Source of the DNA: an uncultured Acidimicrobiia bacterium
GTDB lineage: Bacteria > Actinomycetota > Acidimicrobiia > Acidimicrobiales > AC-14
DNA length: 55,832 bases
Assembly: GCA_963836205.1 (NCBI GenBank)
Contig: CAWIIV010000009.1
Span: forward strand, 1 to 55,832
Direction of reading: 5' to 3'
The notes beneath the pieces were generated by a model. The model was not told the DNA's origin and searched no databases. It saw only the letters and a list, made by a program, of their open reading frames with translations. This document shows positions 39,323-51,400 of this stretch, in pieces; position 1 is the stretch's first letter, and each line of letters opens with the position of its first letter. Made by a program: the position numbers and the translations under genes.

Positions 39323-40330
39323 ATGGGCGGTCGGCGGTTGGCGGCCGCGGCGGTGGCAGTCGCGGTCGCGCTGCTGGTCCCGGCGTGCAGCTTCGGGCCC
39401 ACTGGGGGGACGGGGCCGGCGGTCGGGGCGGTTGGGGCCGGCCCGGGGGTCGTGAACCCCGACGTCGAGCTCGACTGCGGCACGGTGCGGGAGGGCGTCC
39501 GCCTGGTCGACCACGCCATGGGCACCACGCCGGTGGGGCTGCGGCCGGAGCGGGTCGTGGTCCTCGACACCGGTGAGATGGACTCCATGGACGCCCTCGG
39601 CATCGTCCCGGTGGGAACGGTGGAGGTGGGCAACTACGTCGACCTGCCCGCCCACGTGGCGGCGTTCGCGGCCAAGGCCACCCGGGTGGGCACCATCGCC
39701 CAGCCCAACCTGGAGGCCATCGCCCGGCTCAAGCCCGACCTCATCCTGGGCAACCGGATCCGGGACGAGGAGATCTACGAGGAGCTGTCGGGGATCGGGC
39801 CCACCGTGTTCGCCGACGACATCGGTCCCGTGTGGCGGGAGAACCTGCTCCTGGCCGCCACCGCCACCGGCCGGTGCGACGAGGCGGAGGCCCAGCTGGC
39901 GATCTACGACCGGAAGGTGGCCGCCCTGCGGGCCGCCCTCGGCCCCGACCGGGGTCAGCTGCGGGTCTCGGTGGTGCGGGCCCTCTTCGGCACGGTCCGC
40001 ATCTACGGGCGGGGCTCGTTCATCGGGACGATCCTCGACGACGTCGGCCTCGGCCGGCCCCCGGGCCAGAGCTTCCCCGTCCTCATGAAGGAGGTCGGGC
40101 TGGAGGCGGTGCCGGAGATGGACGGCGACGTGATGTTCGTCAGCTCGTGGGGGCCGCAGCAGCCCGCCCTCGACGTCCTCAAGGGCAGCCCCGACTGGAG
40201 CACCCTGACGCCGGTCCGCACCGGTCGGGTCTTCGAGGTCCAGGACTCCACGTGGATGCTCGGATTGGGCGTCGTCGGCGCCATCGCCGTCGTCGACGAT
40301 CTCACCCGGCTGCTCGTCGCCACCCCGTGA
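39323..40330 (+). CDS. Fe-siderophore ABC substrate-binding lipoprotein
   Basis: Signal peptide with lipobox VPAC; HAMGTT, PERVVVLD, QPNLEAIA.LKPDLILG; alternative start at 39254. Confidence 0.92.
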   Translation: MGGRRLAAAAVAVAVALLVPACSFGPTGGTGPAVGAVGAGPGVVNPDVELDCGTVREGVRLVDHAMGTTPVGLRPERVVVLDTGEMDSMDALGIVPVGTVEVGNYVDLPAHVAAFAAKATRVGTIAQPNLEAIARLKPDLILGNRIRDEEIYEELSGIGPTVFADDIGPVWRENLLLAATATGRCDEAEAQLAIYDRKVAALRAALGPDRGQLRVSVVRALFGTVRIYGRGSFIGTILDDVGLGRPPGQSFPVLMKEVGLEAVPEMDGDVMFVSSWGPQQPALDVLKGSPDWSTLTPVRTGRVFEVQDSTWMLGLGVVGAIAVVDDLTRLLVATP

Positions 40331-41370
40331 CCGCGACAGCGATTGCGGAGCCGGTCCCCGAAGCGCCGGCGCCCCCTTCCCGGGATCGCCGGCTGCGACT
40401 CACGTTCGTGCTGGCGGGGATCGGCCTGGTCGTCTTCGGCGTGGTCAGCCTCTGCGTCGGGCGCCGGCTCCTGGGACCGGGTCAGGCCCTCGCCGCCCTG
40501 TTCGGGCAGGGCGACGCCAGCACCAACGCCCTGGTGCAGGACTCCCGGCTGCCCCGGACCCTGATCGCGGCCTGCGTCGGTGCCGCCCTGGCCGTCGCCG
40601 GAGCCACGTCCCAGGCGCTCACCCGCAACCCGTTGGCGGGGCCCAGCGTGCTCGGCCTCGTCCACGCGTCGGCATTCGCAGTGGTGGCCCTCATCGCTTT
40701 CGCCAGCCCGGGACCGGGCGTGCTCGCGGCGGCCGCGGTGCTGGGGTCGACGGTGTGCTTCGCCGCCGTGTTCCTCTTCGCCTCGGTCGGGTCACGAGGT
40801 CCGAGCCCGGCCCGCCTGACGCTGGCCGGGGTGGGCCTGACGGGCGTGTTCCTGGCCGGGATCGAGTTCTTCGTCATCTACGACGAGGTCACGTTCGAGT
40901 CGGCCCGGCGGTGGATCAGCGGCTCGCTGGCCGACCGACCGCTGGACGCCCTGGTGCCGGTGCTGCCCGTGCTCGTGGTCGGGTGGATCCTGGCCCTGGC
41001 CATGGGTCCCGCCCTCGACCTGTTGGAGACGGGCGACGACGTGGCCTCGTCGCTCGGCCAGCGGGTGCTGGCCAGCCGCCTGCTGGCGGGCGCCGCCGTC
41101 TGCCTGCTGACGGGCGCGGCGGTGGCCGTGGGCGGGCCCATCGTGTTCATCGGGCTGATGGTGCCCCACGTGTGCCGGAAGCTGGTGGGGGCGGCCAACC
41201 GGGCCGTGATCCCCGCCTCCCTCGTGGTCGGAGCGCTCTTCCTCGTGGTCGCCGACACCATCGCCCGCCGCCCGTTCGGCGCGGGCGAGCTTCCGGTCGG
41301 CGTCATCACCGCCCTCGTCGGGGGACCGGTGTTCGTCCTCGTCGCCCGCAAGCTGGGCGAATCGAGGTGA
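40327..41370 (+). CDS. FecCD-family permease
   Basis: SRLPRT, TRNPLA.P, G...A.SLG, FIGLMVPH, ELPVG; GTGA-coupled. Confidence 0.93.
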   Translation: MTATAIAEPVPEAPAPPSRDRRLRLTFVLAGIGLVVFGVVSLCVGRRLLGPGQALAALFGQGDASTNALVQDSRLPRTLIAACVGAALAVAGATSQALTRNPLAGPSVLGLVHASAFAVVALIAFASPGPGVLAAAAVLGSTVCFAAVFLFASVGSRGPSPARLTLAGVGLTGVFLAGIEFFVIYDEVTFESARRWISGSLADRPLDALVPVLPVLVVGWILALAMGPALDLLETGDDVASSLGQRVLASRLLAGAAVCLLTGAAVAVGGPIVFIGLMVPHVCRKLVGAANRAVIPASLVVGALFLVVADTIARRPFGAGELPVGVITALVGGPVFVLVARKLGESR

Positions 41371-42482
41371 CGCAGACCGCGATCCCGCCGGTCGACATCG
41401 GCGAGCCGCCGGAGCCGCCAGGACTGCGCACCCGGTGGCGGGCCCGCGACCGCTACGTCGGCATCCGCCTGCCGTGGACGACGGTGCGCTTCCGCCCGGT
41501 GGTGCCCCTCGCCTTCCTCGCCCTCGTGGCGGTGGCGGTGGCGGGCCTGATCGCCCATCTGGTCGTGGGCGAATACCACCTCTCGGTGGGCGCTGTCATC
41601 GACGCCCTCCGGGGCGACGGCGACGCCGGCAACCGGTTCGTCGTCCGCCAGCTGCGCCTGCCCCGGCCGTTGGTGGGCCTGGCCGCGGGCGCCGCTTTCG
41701 GGCTGAGCGGGGCCCTCCTGCAGCGGGTCACCGGCAACGACCTGGCCTCGCCCGACCTCCTGGGCGTGGTCGCGGGGGCCAACCTCGGGATCACCGTCCT
41801 CACCTTCGGGTTTCCCGAGCTGCCGGCCACCATGCGCCTGCCCGTCGCCCTGGTGTGCGGCCTGGCGGCAGGGGTGTTGGTGCTGCTGGCCGCCGGCGGC
41901 GGGGGCCGGGCGCCGCTGCGGGTGCTCCTCATCGGCGCCGGCGTCACCGTGGTGGCCCAGGCGGTCGTGGCCGCGGTGGCCGCCAACGGGGAGCTGGTGC
42001 ACGCCTTCCGGATCGTCCTGTGGATCGTCGGCGGCCTCTACGGACGATCGTGGACGGAGCTCAACATCGCCGTCAACTCGTTGTGGGTGCTGGCGCCGGC
42101 GGCCTTCCTCCTCTGCCGCCGCCTCGACCACATGGAGATGGGCGACGACCTGGCGGTGGCGGTGGGCGTGCCCGTGCGGTCCACCCGGGGGGCGGCGTTC
42201 GTGGTCGCCTGCGCCCTGGCCGCGGTCGGCGTGGCGACGACCGGGCCCATCGCCTTCGTCGGCTTGGCTGCCCCCCACCTCGCCCGCCGGCTGGTGGGCG
42301 ACGCCACCGCCGGGCTGCTGGCCGTGTCGGCGGCAGCGGGCGCCGTGGTCGTGGTGCTCGCCGACCTCGTCGCCCGCACCGCCCTCGCTCCCCGGGAGAT
42401 CCCGACGGGCGTGCTCGTCCCCCTGGTGGGGGTGCCGGTGCTGCTCAGCCTCCTCCTTCGCCAGGGACGGGACCGGGCGTGA
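41367..42482 (+). CDS. FecCD-family permease
   Basis: LRLPR, NDLASPDLLG, GPIAFVGLAAPH, EIPTG; GTGA-coupled. Confidence 0.93.
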   Translation: MTQTAIPPVDIGEPPEPPGLRTRWRARDRYVGIRLPWTTVRFRPVVPLAFLALVAVAVAGLIAHLVVGEYHLSVGAVIDALRGDGDAGNRFVVRQLRLPRPLVGLAAGAAFGLSGALLQRVTGNDLASPDLLGVVAGANLGITVLTFGFPELPATMRLPVALVCGLAAGVLVLLAAGGGGRAPLRVLLIGAGVTVVAQAVVAAVAANGELVHAFRIVLWIVGGLYGRSWTELNIAVNSLWVLAPAAFLLCRRLDHMEMGDDLAVAVGVPVRSTRGAAFVVACALAAVGVATTGPIAFVGLAAPHLARRLVGDATAGLLAVSAAAGAVVVVLADLVARTALAPREIPTGVLVPLVGVPVLLSLLLRQGRDRA

Positions 42483-45400
42483 CACTGATCGGCAGCCGCG
42501 CCCCTTCGACCGCGACCCGGGCCCCGACGTCGGTGCTCGACCGGTTGGCGTCGGGAACCACGACCGCGGCCGTCACCTTCGCCGGCCAGGGCGTCGACGC
42601 CCTCCCCGAACTGGCCGATCTCGTCGCCGAGCGGCCCGAGCTGGGCCCCGGACTGGTGGCCGCGTCCGCAGTCCTCGAGGGTCTGGCCGCGGCGGACGAA
42701 GGCGGCCGGTTCCGGCACGGGTTCGACGTGGCCGCCTGGGCCGCCGACCCTGACGGCGCCCCGCCCGCGGCCTACCTCCGCAGCAGCGCCGTCTCCTACC
42801 CGCTGATCCTGCTGACCCAGGCCCTCAGATGGCGGGCCCTGTGTGACGAGGGCCTCGACCCGGGCTGTCTCGTCGCAGTCACCGGTCACTCCCAGGGCCT
42901 GCTGGCGGCGATGCTGGTGGCGGAGACCCCCGTCGGTTCCGTCGACGACGAGCGCCTGGCCCGCTACCTGCGGCTGGCGCTGGCCATGGGGGCGCACATG
43001 GGGACGGCCGCGGGCGGGATGGCGGCGGTGGTCGGGCCCCGCCGGGCGCGGGTGGCAGCCGTCCTCGCCGAGGTCGACCCCGCCGGGCAGGCCGTGATCG
43101 CCCTGCAGAACACGCCCACCCGGCTGGTTGTCAGCGGGCCGGCGGCGACCCTCGATCGGCTCCACGCCCGGCTGGACGACGTGGCTCGGGCGGAGTCGGT
43201 CGAGCGCCAGCGGGGTCGCCGGGGCGGGGCCCCACTGCGCTTCGGCTGGCAACCGCTCCCGGTCGACGCGCCCTACCACTCGCCCTCGGGCGCCGCCGGC
43301 CTGGCCCGCTTCACCGACTGGCTTGCCTCCGGGTGGCCCGCGGCCGGTGTCGCCTTCGGCCTGCCCGTCCTCTCGCCGGTCGACGGTTCCGACCTGCGCC
43401 GATGCGCCCCGGCGAGCCTGACGGTGACCGTCGCCCGCAGCCAGTTCGTCGACCCGGTGGACTGGGTCGGCGCCACCCGGGGCCTGGCCGCCGGCTGGAT
43501 CCTCGACCTCGGCCCCGGCACCGACGTCGCCCGCCTCACCGCCGAGAACGTGCGGGGCAGTGGCGCCCGCGTCCTCCCCCTGGCCTCCCCCGAGGGTCGC
43601 CGGCTGCTGGTCACCCCCGGCGCCGCGTCCCCGGCGCCCGATGTCCGATACGCCGACTTCGCCCCCGGCGTCGTCGAGCTGCCCCACGGTCGCCGCCACG
43701 TCGACAACCGCTACACCCGGCTGACCGGCCAGCCCCCCGTCATCCTCCCCGGGATGACCCCGACCACGGCCGACGCCCCCATCGTCGCCGCCGCCGCCAA
43801 CGCCGGGTACACGGCCGAGCTGGCCGGCGGTGGGCAGCGCACGGAGCGGGTGTTCGCCACCCGGATGGCCGAGCTGTCCGAGCTCCTCGTCCCGGGGGCG
43901 ACGGTGGTGTTCAACGCCCTCTACCTCGACCGCAACCTGTGGGACCTCCACCTCGGCAGCCACCAGCTGGTGCTCAAGGCCCGGCGGGCGGGCGTGCCCC
44001 TCGCCGGGCTCACCGTGTCGGCCGGTGTCCCGGAGGTGGCGGAGGCGGTCGAGCTTCTCGACCGGCTGGCGGCCGAGGGCATGGTGCACAACGCGTTCAA
44101 GCCGGGCACCGTCGGGCAGGTGGCCCAGGTGCTGGCCATCGCCGACGCGGCCCCCCGCCACACCGTGTTCGTCCATCTGGAGGGGGGCAAGGGCGGGGGC
44201 CACCACTCGTGGGAGGACCTCGACGAGCTCCTCCTGGACACGTACCACGACCTGCGCCTGCGGCGGAACGTGGTGTTGTGCGTGGGCGGCGGCATCGCCA
44301 CGCCGGACCGGGCCGCCGACCTCCTCACCGGCGTCTGGTCGGTGCCGTACGGCGAGCCGCCGATGCCGGTGGACGGTGTCCTGCTGGGCACGGTCGCCAT
44401 GGCCTGCGCCGAGGCGGCGGCGTCGCCCCAGGTCAAGGCGGCCCTCGTGGACGCGGCCGGTGTGCCCGGGTGGGTGGCGTGGAAAGGGATCGGCGGGGGC
44501 GTCACGTCCGGCCGGAGCAACCTCAACGCCGACATCCACCTGCTCGACAACACTGCCGCCCGCACCGGCATCCTGCTGGAGGAGGTGGCGGGGGACTCGG
44601 CCGCCGCCGCCGCCCGCCACGACGAGCTGGTGGGACTGCTGGCCCGGACGTCGAAGCCGTGGTTCGGCGACCTTGAGGCCATGACCTACGTGGCGGTGCT
44701 CAGCCGGTGGGTCGAGCTGTGCGCCACCGGCCGCCACGGCCGCTACGACGACGGGGCCTGGGGCGATCCCGGCTGGCGGGCGAAGGCCCTGGAGTTGTTC
44801 CGCCGCAACGCGTCCCGGCTGGCGCCGGTGGAGGACGGGCCGGTGGCGGGGGTGCCGGTAGCGGTGGCCGGCGACCTCGACGACCCGGTGGCGGCGTTGC
44901 GCGGGTTCGCCGCCGCCTACCCGGCCGCGGGGTCGACGTTGCTGCACCCGGCCGACGCCCAGCACTTCCTCGAAGTGTGCGACCGCCCGGGCAAGCCGGT
45001 GCCCTTCGTCCCCGTCATCGACGGGGAGGTGCGCCGGTGGTTCATGGCCGACGCCCTCTGGCAGGCGCAGGACGACCGCTACCCGGTCGACTCGGTCATC
45101 GTGATCCCAGGTCCCGAGTCAGTGGCCGGCATCACCCGGGCCGACGAGCCGGTGGCCGACCTGCTGGCCCGGTTCGAGGCGGCGACGATCGGCCGGCTCT
45201 CGGCCGCGGCGGTGCCGCCCGCCCACCGGGACCGGCTGGCCGATAGCGGCCTGGCACCGACCTGGTTGGCGACTGTGGCCCGGGGGCGGGGCGGGGCTGT
45301 CGCCCGCCTCTGCACCCAGGCGTCGGTGGTCGACGACGGACGGTCGGTGACCAACCCGCTCTGGCGGCTGGTTGGTCCCGGTGACGAGATCACCGCGGCA

Positions 45401-48400
45401 GTCGACGACGCCGGGGATCTCGTCCGGATGGAGGCGAAGCCCCCCGGGTCGGGAGAGCAGCTGGTGGCGGAAGCCGACGGTGACTGCGGCGTGCGGCTCA
45501 CGATGTCGATACCCGGGCTTCGCCGCCCGACCGACCACCTCGAGCTGCGGCTGGAGGCAGGGGTGGTCGTCGACGGCCCCGGCCGCCGGGCCGCGTTCTA
45601 CCGGAACGTGCTGCTGGGCGACGTCGCGCCCGGACTGCGCCGACCCGTCGGAACCGGTGGAGACGGCGTGGGTGTGCGATCCCGGTCGGGTCGCCTCGTA
45701 CCGGGCCACAACCGGTGCCGCCCACGACGGCGTTCCCCTCGACCTGGCCTTCTCCCTCGCCTGGCCCGGCCTGGCCGCGCTGCTGGCGGCCGGCGGGCTG
45801 GCCGCCTCGTTCGGCAGCCTCGTCCACCACGAGCACCGGGTCACCGCCGGTGGCGCGTGGCCGCCCCGACCCGGCGAGCGGGGCCAGGTGACGACCCGGG
45901 TGGAGCGGGTCGTCGACGTCGAAGGCGGTCGCCGGATCGAGTGCCGGGCCGAGGTCCGTTCGGCTCGCGGACCGCTGGCCACCGTGGTCGCCGGTCTCCT
46001 GGTGCGGACCGCGAACACCGGCGTCGACGAGCGGCGCACGGGGCCGAGGACCGTCGCCCTGGCGGACCAGGCCGAGGCCGATCTGGTGGCCGAGCAGCCG
46101 TGGATCCGCTTCCGGCCGGGCGTGGTCCTGGCGCCGGGTGACCGGCTGACGGTCGATGGCGGCACCGTCGAACGGGCAGGCGAGGTCGTGGCCGAGGTCG
46201 CCGACGACACCCCCCTCGACGCGCTCCTCGCCGTCCTCGAGCACCGTCCCGACGAGCGCCGTCCCCGTCCCCGGCGCCCGCTGGCCCAGGCGGCCGACCT
46301 GGCCCCCCAGTCGATGCGGTCCTTCGCCCTCGTCGGCGGCGACCACAACCCGTTGCACCGCTCGGTCCTCGCCGCCCGCCTCTCCGGGCTCGACGCGCCC
46401 GTCGTCCACGGCCTGTGGACCGCGGCCCGCGCCGGCGCCTTCGTGGTCGACGAGGTGTGCGCCGGCGAACCGTCCCGACTGCTCGATTGGAGCGTCCGCT
46501 TCGTCGCCCCCGTCGCCCTCGGCACCGCCATCGACCTGGAGGCCACCGGCGTCGCGGTGGAGGCGGGGGGCGAGCGGGTGGAGATGGTCGTCTCTGCCGG
46601 GGGGACGGTCGTGGCCACCGGCGAGGCCCTCGTCGGCCCGCCGCCCACGGCCCTGCTCTTCCCCGGACAGGGAGTGCAGGCCCCCGGCATGGGTGCCGCC
46701 GGCCGGTCGAGGTCGGGCGCGGCGCGAGCCGTGTGGGCCGGAGCCGAGGCCTTCACCCGGTCCCGGCTGGGCTTCTCGCTGCTGGAGGTGGTCGACGACA
46801 ACCCGCTCGCCCTCCGGCTGGCCGACGGTTCGACGCTGCGCCACCCATCCGGAGTTCTGTTCCGCACGGAGATGGCCCAGGTGGCCCTCGTCGCCCTGGC
46901 CGCGGCCCAGGTGGCCGAGTTGGAGGAGGAGGGCGACCTCGGCCGCCACTCCCGATTCGTCGCCTGCGGGCATAGTGCGGGCGAGTACGGCGCCCTCGTC
47001 GCCCTCGGCGTCCTGTCCTTGCACGTCGCCCTCGAGCTCGCCTGGCGGCGGGGCCTCGCCCAGCAGGCCTGTATCGCCCGGGATGCGAGCGGCGGGTCCA
47101 ACTACCGGCTGGCCGTCGTCGACCCCCAGGCCGCAGGCCTCGACCTCGACGAGCTGACGGACCTGGTCGGGAGCGTGGCCCGGTCCACGGGCGAGCTGCT
47201 GGAAGTGGTCAACCACAACGTCGCCGGCCGCCAGTACGCCATCGCCGGTACCGACGTCGCCATCGCCGCCCTCGGCCGGCGGATGAAGGTGCAGGTCGTC
47301 CCCGGGATCGACATCCCCTTCCACTCCTCGGCCATGGCCCCCGCGGTGCCGGCCTTCCGGGCCCACCTGGAGGCCTTGGTCCCCGAGCTCGACCCCGGTC
47401 GCCTGGTGGGACGGTGGATACCCAACCTGGTCGGCCGGCCGTTCTCGCTGGATCCCGCCTTCGTGGCCGATGTCGCCCGCCTCACGGACGAGCACGACCT
47501 GTTGGCGGGAACCGGCAACGGCACCGGCACCGACCCCCGCCGGCTGCTGATCGACCTGCTGGCCCACCAGCTGGCCAACCCGGTGCGATGGGTGGAGACG
47601 CAGGTGGCGCTCGGTGGACTGGCCCAGCTGGTCGAGGTCGGGCCGGCCGAACACCCAGTCCTGGCCAACCTGGCCCGGGCCACCTTCGCCGGCCACGCCC
47701 GCCCGCCGGTGGTCAGCCACGTCGAGCTCGACCGGGTCGACGCCACCACCGGCCCGCCGCCAGAACCGACGCCGACGCCGGCGCCCTCGCCGATGGCCGT
47801 CGCCAAGGCATCGGGGCGCCCGGTCGAGGACTCCGAGGTCGACGCCGGGAGCGCCTTCCGGATGGTGCTCGCCGTCCAGGCCCGCATCCGGCCCGACCAG
47901 ATCCGAGGCGACGAGACGATGGACGAGCTGTTCGGCGGGGCGTCGTCCCGCCGCAACCAGGTGCTCGTCGACCTCGGCCGCGAGCTGGGCCTGTCCGGAT
48001 CGGAGGGCTTCCAGGACCTGCCCGTCGACCACCTGGTCGGCGAGTTGCGGGCCCGGGTGACCCGGTACCGCTTCCCCGGTCCCTACCTGCGCGACACCAT
48101 GGCCGCCGGCGTCACCCGGGCCCTCGGCGGCTCCGGGATCTCCCGAACCGATGCCCTGGGCCACCTGGGCCAGCGGTGGGCGCTCGGCCCGGGCCTGGCC
48201 GAGCAGGTGCTGGCCGGGCTCGTGCTCGACACCCGCCCCGGCCCATCGGCGCGGGGAGGCGCCCTCGGGCGCCTGGCCGGCGACCCGCCCGCGACCGTGG
48301 GCGAGGGGCGGGCCCTCGTCGATCGGGCCGTCGGCCTGGTCGCAGCCGACCTCGGCCTCGATATCACCCCGCCCGTCGACTACGCCGCCGCGCCGGTCGA

Positions 48401-51400
48401 CGCGGCCGCGGTGGCCGACCTCGCCGGCCGGCTGGAGGGCGCCCTGGTGGCCACCGCCCGCCATCTGGCCGCCGCCCTCGACCGCCCGTTCGCCACCGAC
48501 GGCGACCCGCTGCCCCGGCCCGACCCCGACCACAGCCGATTGGCCGCCCTCGATGCAGAGCTGGGCCCGGGCCGGTCCGAGGAGGTCCGGCCCCGGTTCG
48601 ACCACCGCCGCCACGTGCGGTTCGCGTCGGCCTGGGCCGCGGCCCGATGGGACCTGGTCGCCTGCTACCACGACGCTCTCGCCGGGCGCCTCGACCTCCC
48701 CGCCCTCAGGACCGAGGTCGACCGCCTGGCCGCCTTCGGCGACGATCCCGCCTTGGCCGACATCGCCCGCTGGCTGGCGGGCCGGGCCTCGGCCGGCGGC
48801 CGTCCCGACGTGGCCACCGCCCTGGCCGCCGTCACCCCCGCCCGCCGCACCCCGCTCCCCGTCCCCACCACCCGTCCAACCGTCGACGTCACGCCGACCG
48901 GCGAGATCGTCCCCGGCGAGACGCCGGACCCGTCCGGCAACGACCTCTGCCACCACGTGGCCCTCGTCACCCGTCCCACGGTCGACGCCACGCCCACCGC
49001 CGAGATCGTCGCGGCTTCTGTGGTCGGAAAAGGGGCGCCACGCGCCCCCAAACCAACTACGGACGCCGACCTCCGCCACCACGTGGCGCTCGTCACCGGG
49101 GCCAGCCCGGGCTCGATCGCGGCCGAGGTCGTCCGCCACCTCCTGCGGGGTGGGGCGACGGTGGTCGTGGCCACGTCGACCGACACGCCCGGCCGGCGCC
49201 GGTGGTACCGAGACCTCTACCGTCGGGCAGCGGGGCCGGGCGCCGAGCTTCACGTCGTGCCCGCCAACCTGGCCGCCTTCGCCGACATCGACGCCCTCGT
49301 GTCCTGGCTCGAACGGCCGGAGGTGCCCCAGCGGGGCCGGCCCGACCTCCGCCTCGACCCGCTCGTGCCGACGATCGTCGTCCCCTTCGCCGCCGTCCCC
49401 ACCGTGGGCGACCTCACCGAGGCCGGGGCGGCGGCGGAGACCGCCGTCCGCATCCAGCTCCTCGGCCTCGAGCGCCTCGTCGCCGGGATCGCCGGCCTGG
49501 CCGCCCGCCGCGGCGGTGCCGACCGCGTCACCGTCATCCTCCCTCTGTCCCCCAACCAGGGCGCGTTCGGCGGCGACGGCGTCTACGGGGAGACCAAGGC
49601 CGCCCTCGAGGTGCTCATCCGCCGCCGGCGCAGCGAGCACGACGGATGGGGCCGCCACGTGCGACTGGTGGCGGCCCGCATCGGCTGGGTGCGGGGCACC
49701 GGCCTCATGGGGTGGAACGACGCCGTCGCCGCCCTGGTCGAGGAACGCCTCGGCGTGCGCACCTTCTCCGCGGCCGAGATGGGATCGCTTCTCGCCGCCG
49801 GCGCCGTCGCCGGCACCCCCGAGGTCGACCTCATGGGCGGGCTCGACGGGATCGACGACCTCCGGGCCGCGGTCCTCCCCCTCGCCCAGGAGCTGGCGGC
49901 CCGAGCGGCGGCCGCCCGACGGACCGACAGCCTGCGCACCGCACTGGCGGCCCGGATGGCGACGCCTGCGCCCGACACGCCGGCCGCCCTCCCGTCGACC
50001 CCGACCGACACCAGCGCGCCCGCCCACGACCCCGGCCCGAGCCCGCGGGCCGTCGACCTCGACCCGTCCCAGATGGTCGTCATCGTCGGCACTGGCGAGC
50101 TGGGCCCGTGCGGGTCGGCCCGCACCCGGTTCGAGCTCGAGGCCGACCACGATCTCTCCCCCGACGGTGTCGCCGAACTCGCCTGGCTCACCGGCCTCGC
50201 CACCTACCGGCGGGACGGGTACCGGGGCCGGTGGGTCGACAACGCCACCGGCGACGACGTGGCCGAGGAGGACCTCGCCGGTCGCTACCGGTCCGACGTC
50301 ATGGCCCGCGTCGGCCTCCGCCTGCTCGAAGCCGACGGCGTCGTCGACCCCGACGGCCTGTCGGTGCTGGCCACGGTCCACCTCGACCGCGACCTCACCT
50401 TCGAGGTCTCCTCGGCCGACGAGGCCCGCAGCTTCGTCGACCTCGACCCCGCCCACACCGACGCCCGTCGCGACCCCCAGACCGGCGCCTGGCGGGTAAC
50501 CCGGGCCGCGGGCGCTCCGATCCGGGTGCCCCGCCGGGTCCGCCACACCCGGCGGGTGGCGGGCCAGTTCCCCACCGGCCTCGACCTGGCCCGCTACGGC
50601 ATCCCCGGCGACCTCCTCACCGGCGCCGACCGCATGGCCCTCGTCAACCTGGCCTGCACCGTCGAGGCGTTCTGGGACGCCGGCCTCGAGCCGGAGGACC
50701 TCCTTGCGCACGTGCACCCGGCCCTGGTGGCCAACACCCAGGGCGCGGGCCTCGGGGGCATGGGCTCCCTGCGCCGCCTGCTCATGGACTGGCTGCTCGA
50801 CGACGAGCGCCAGTCCGACCGCCTCCAGGAGTCGCTCGGCAACGTGATCGCGGCCCACGCGGTGCAGGGCCTGATCGGCTCCTACGGACCGATGGTCCAC
50901 CCCGTGGCCGCGTGCGCCACCGCCGCCATCTCGCTGGAGGAGGCGGTCGACAAGATCGTGGCCGGCAAGGCCCTGGCCGTGGTCGCGGGCGGGTTCGACG
51001 ACCTCACCCCCGAGGGCATCGTCGGCTTCGGCGACATGCAGGCCACCGCGTCCAGCGACGAGCTCGACGCCATGGGCATCGCCCCCGGCGAGTCGTCCCG
51101 GGCCAACGACGTGCGCCGGCGGGGCTTCGTCGAGGCCCAGGGCGGCGCCACCCTCCTCGTGGTCCGGGGCGACGTGGCCCTCGAAATGGGTTTGCCGGTG
51201 CGGGCCGTGGTCGCCTACGCGGCCAGCTTCGGCGACGGGATCAACGCCTCCATCCCCGCCCCCGGCATGGGCATGCTGGCTTGTGCCCGGGGCGGCTCCG
51301 ATTCGCCACTGGCCCAGGCCCTCAACCGCCTCGGGCTTACAGCCGACGACATCGCCGTCGTCTCCAAGCACGACACCTCGACCGAGCTCAACGACCCCAA

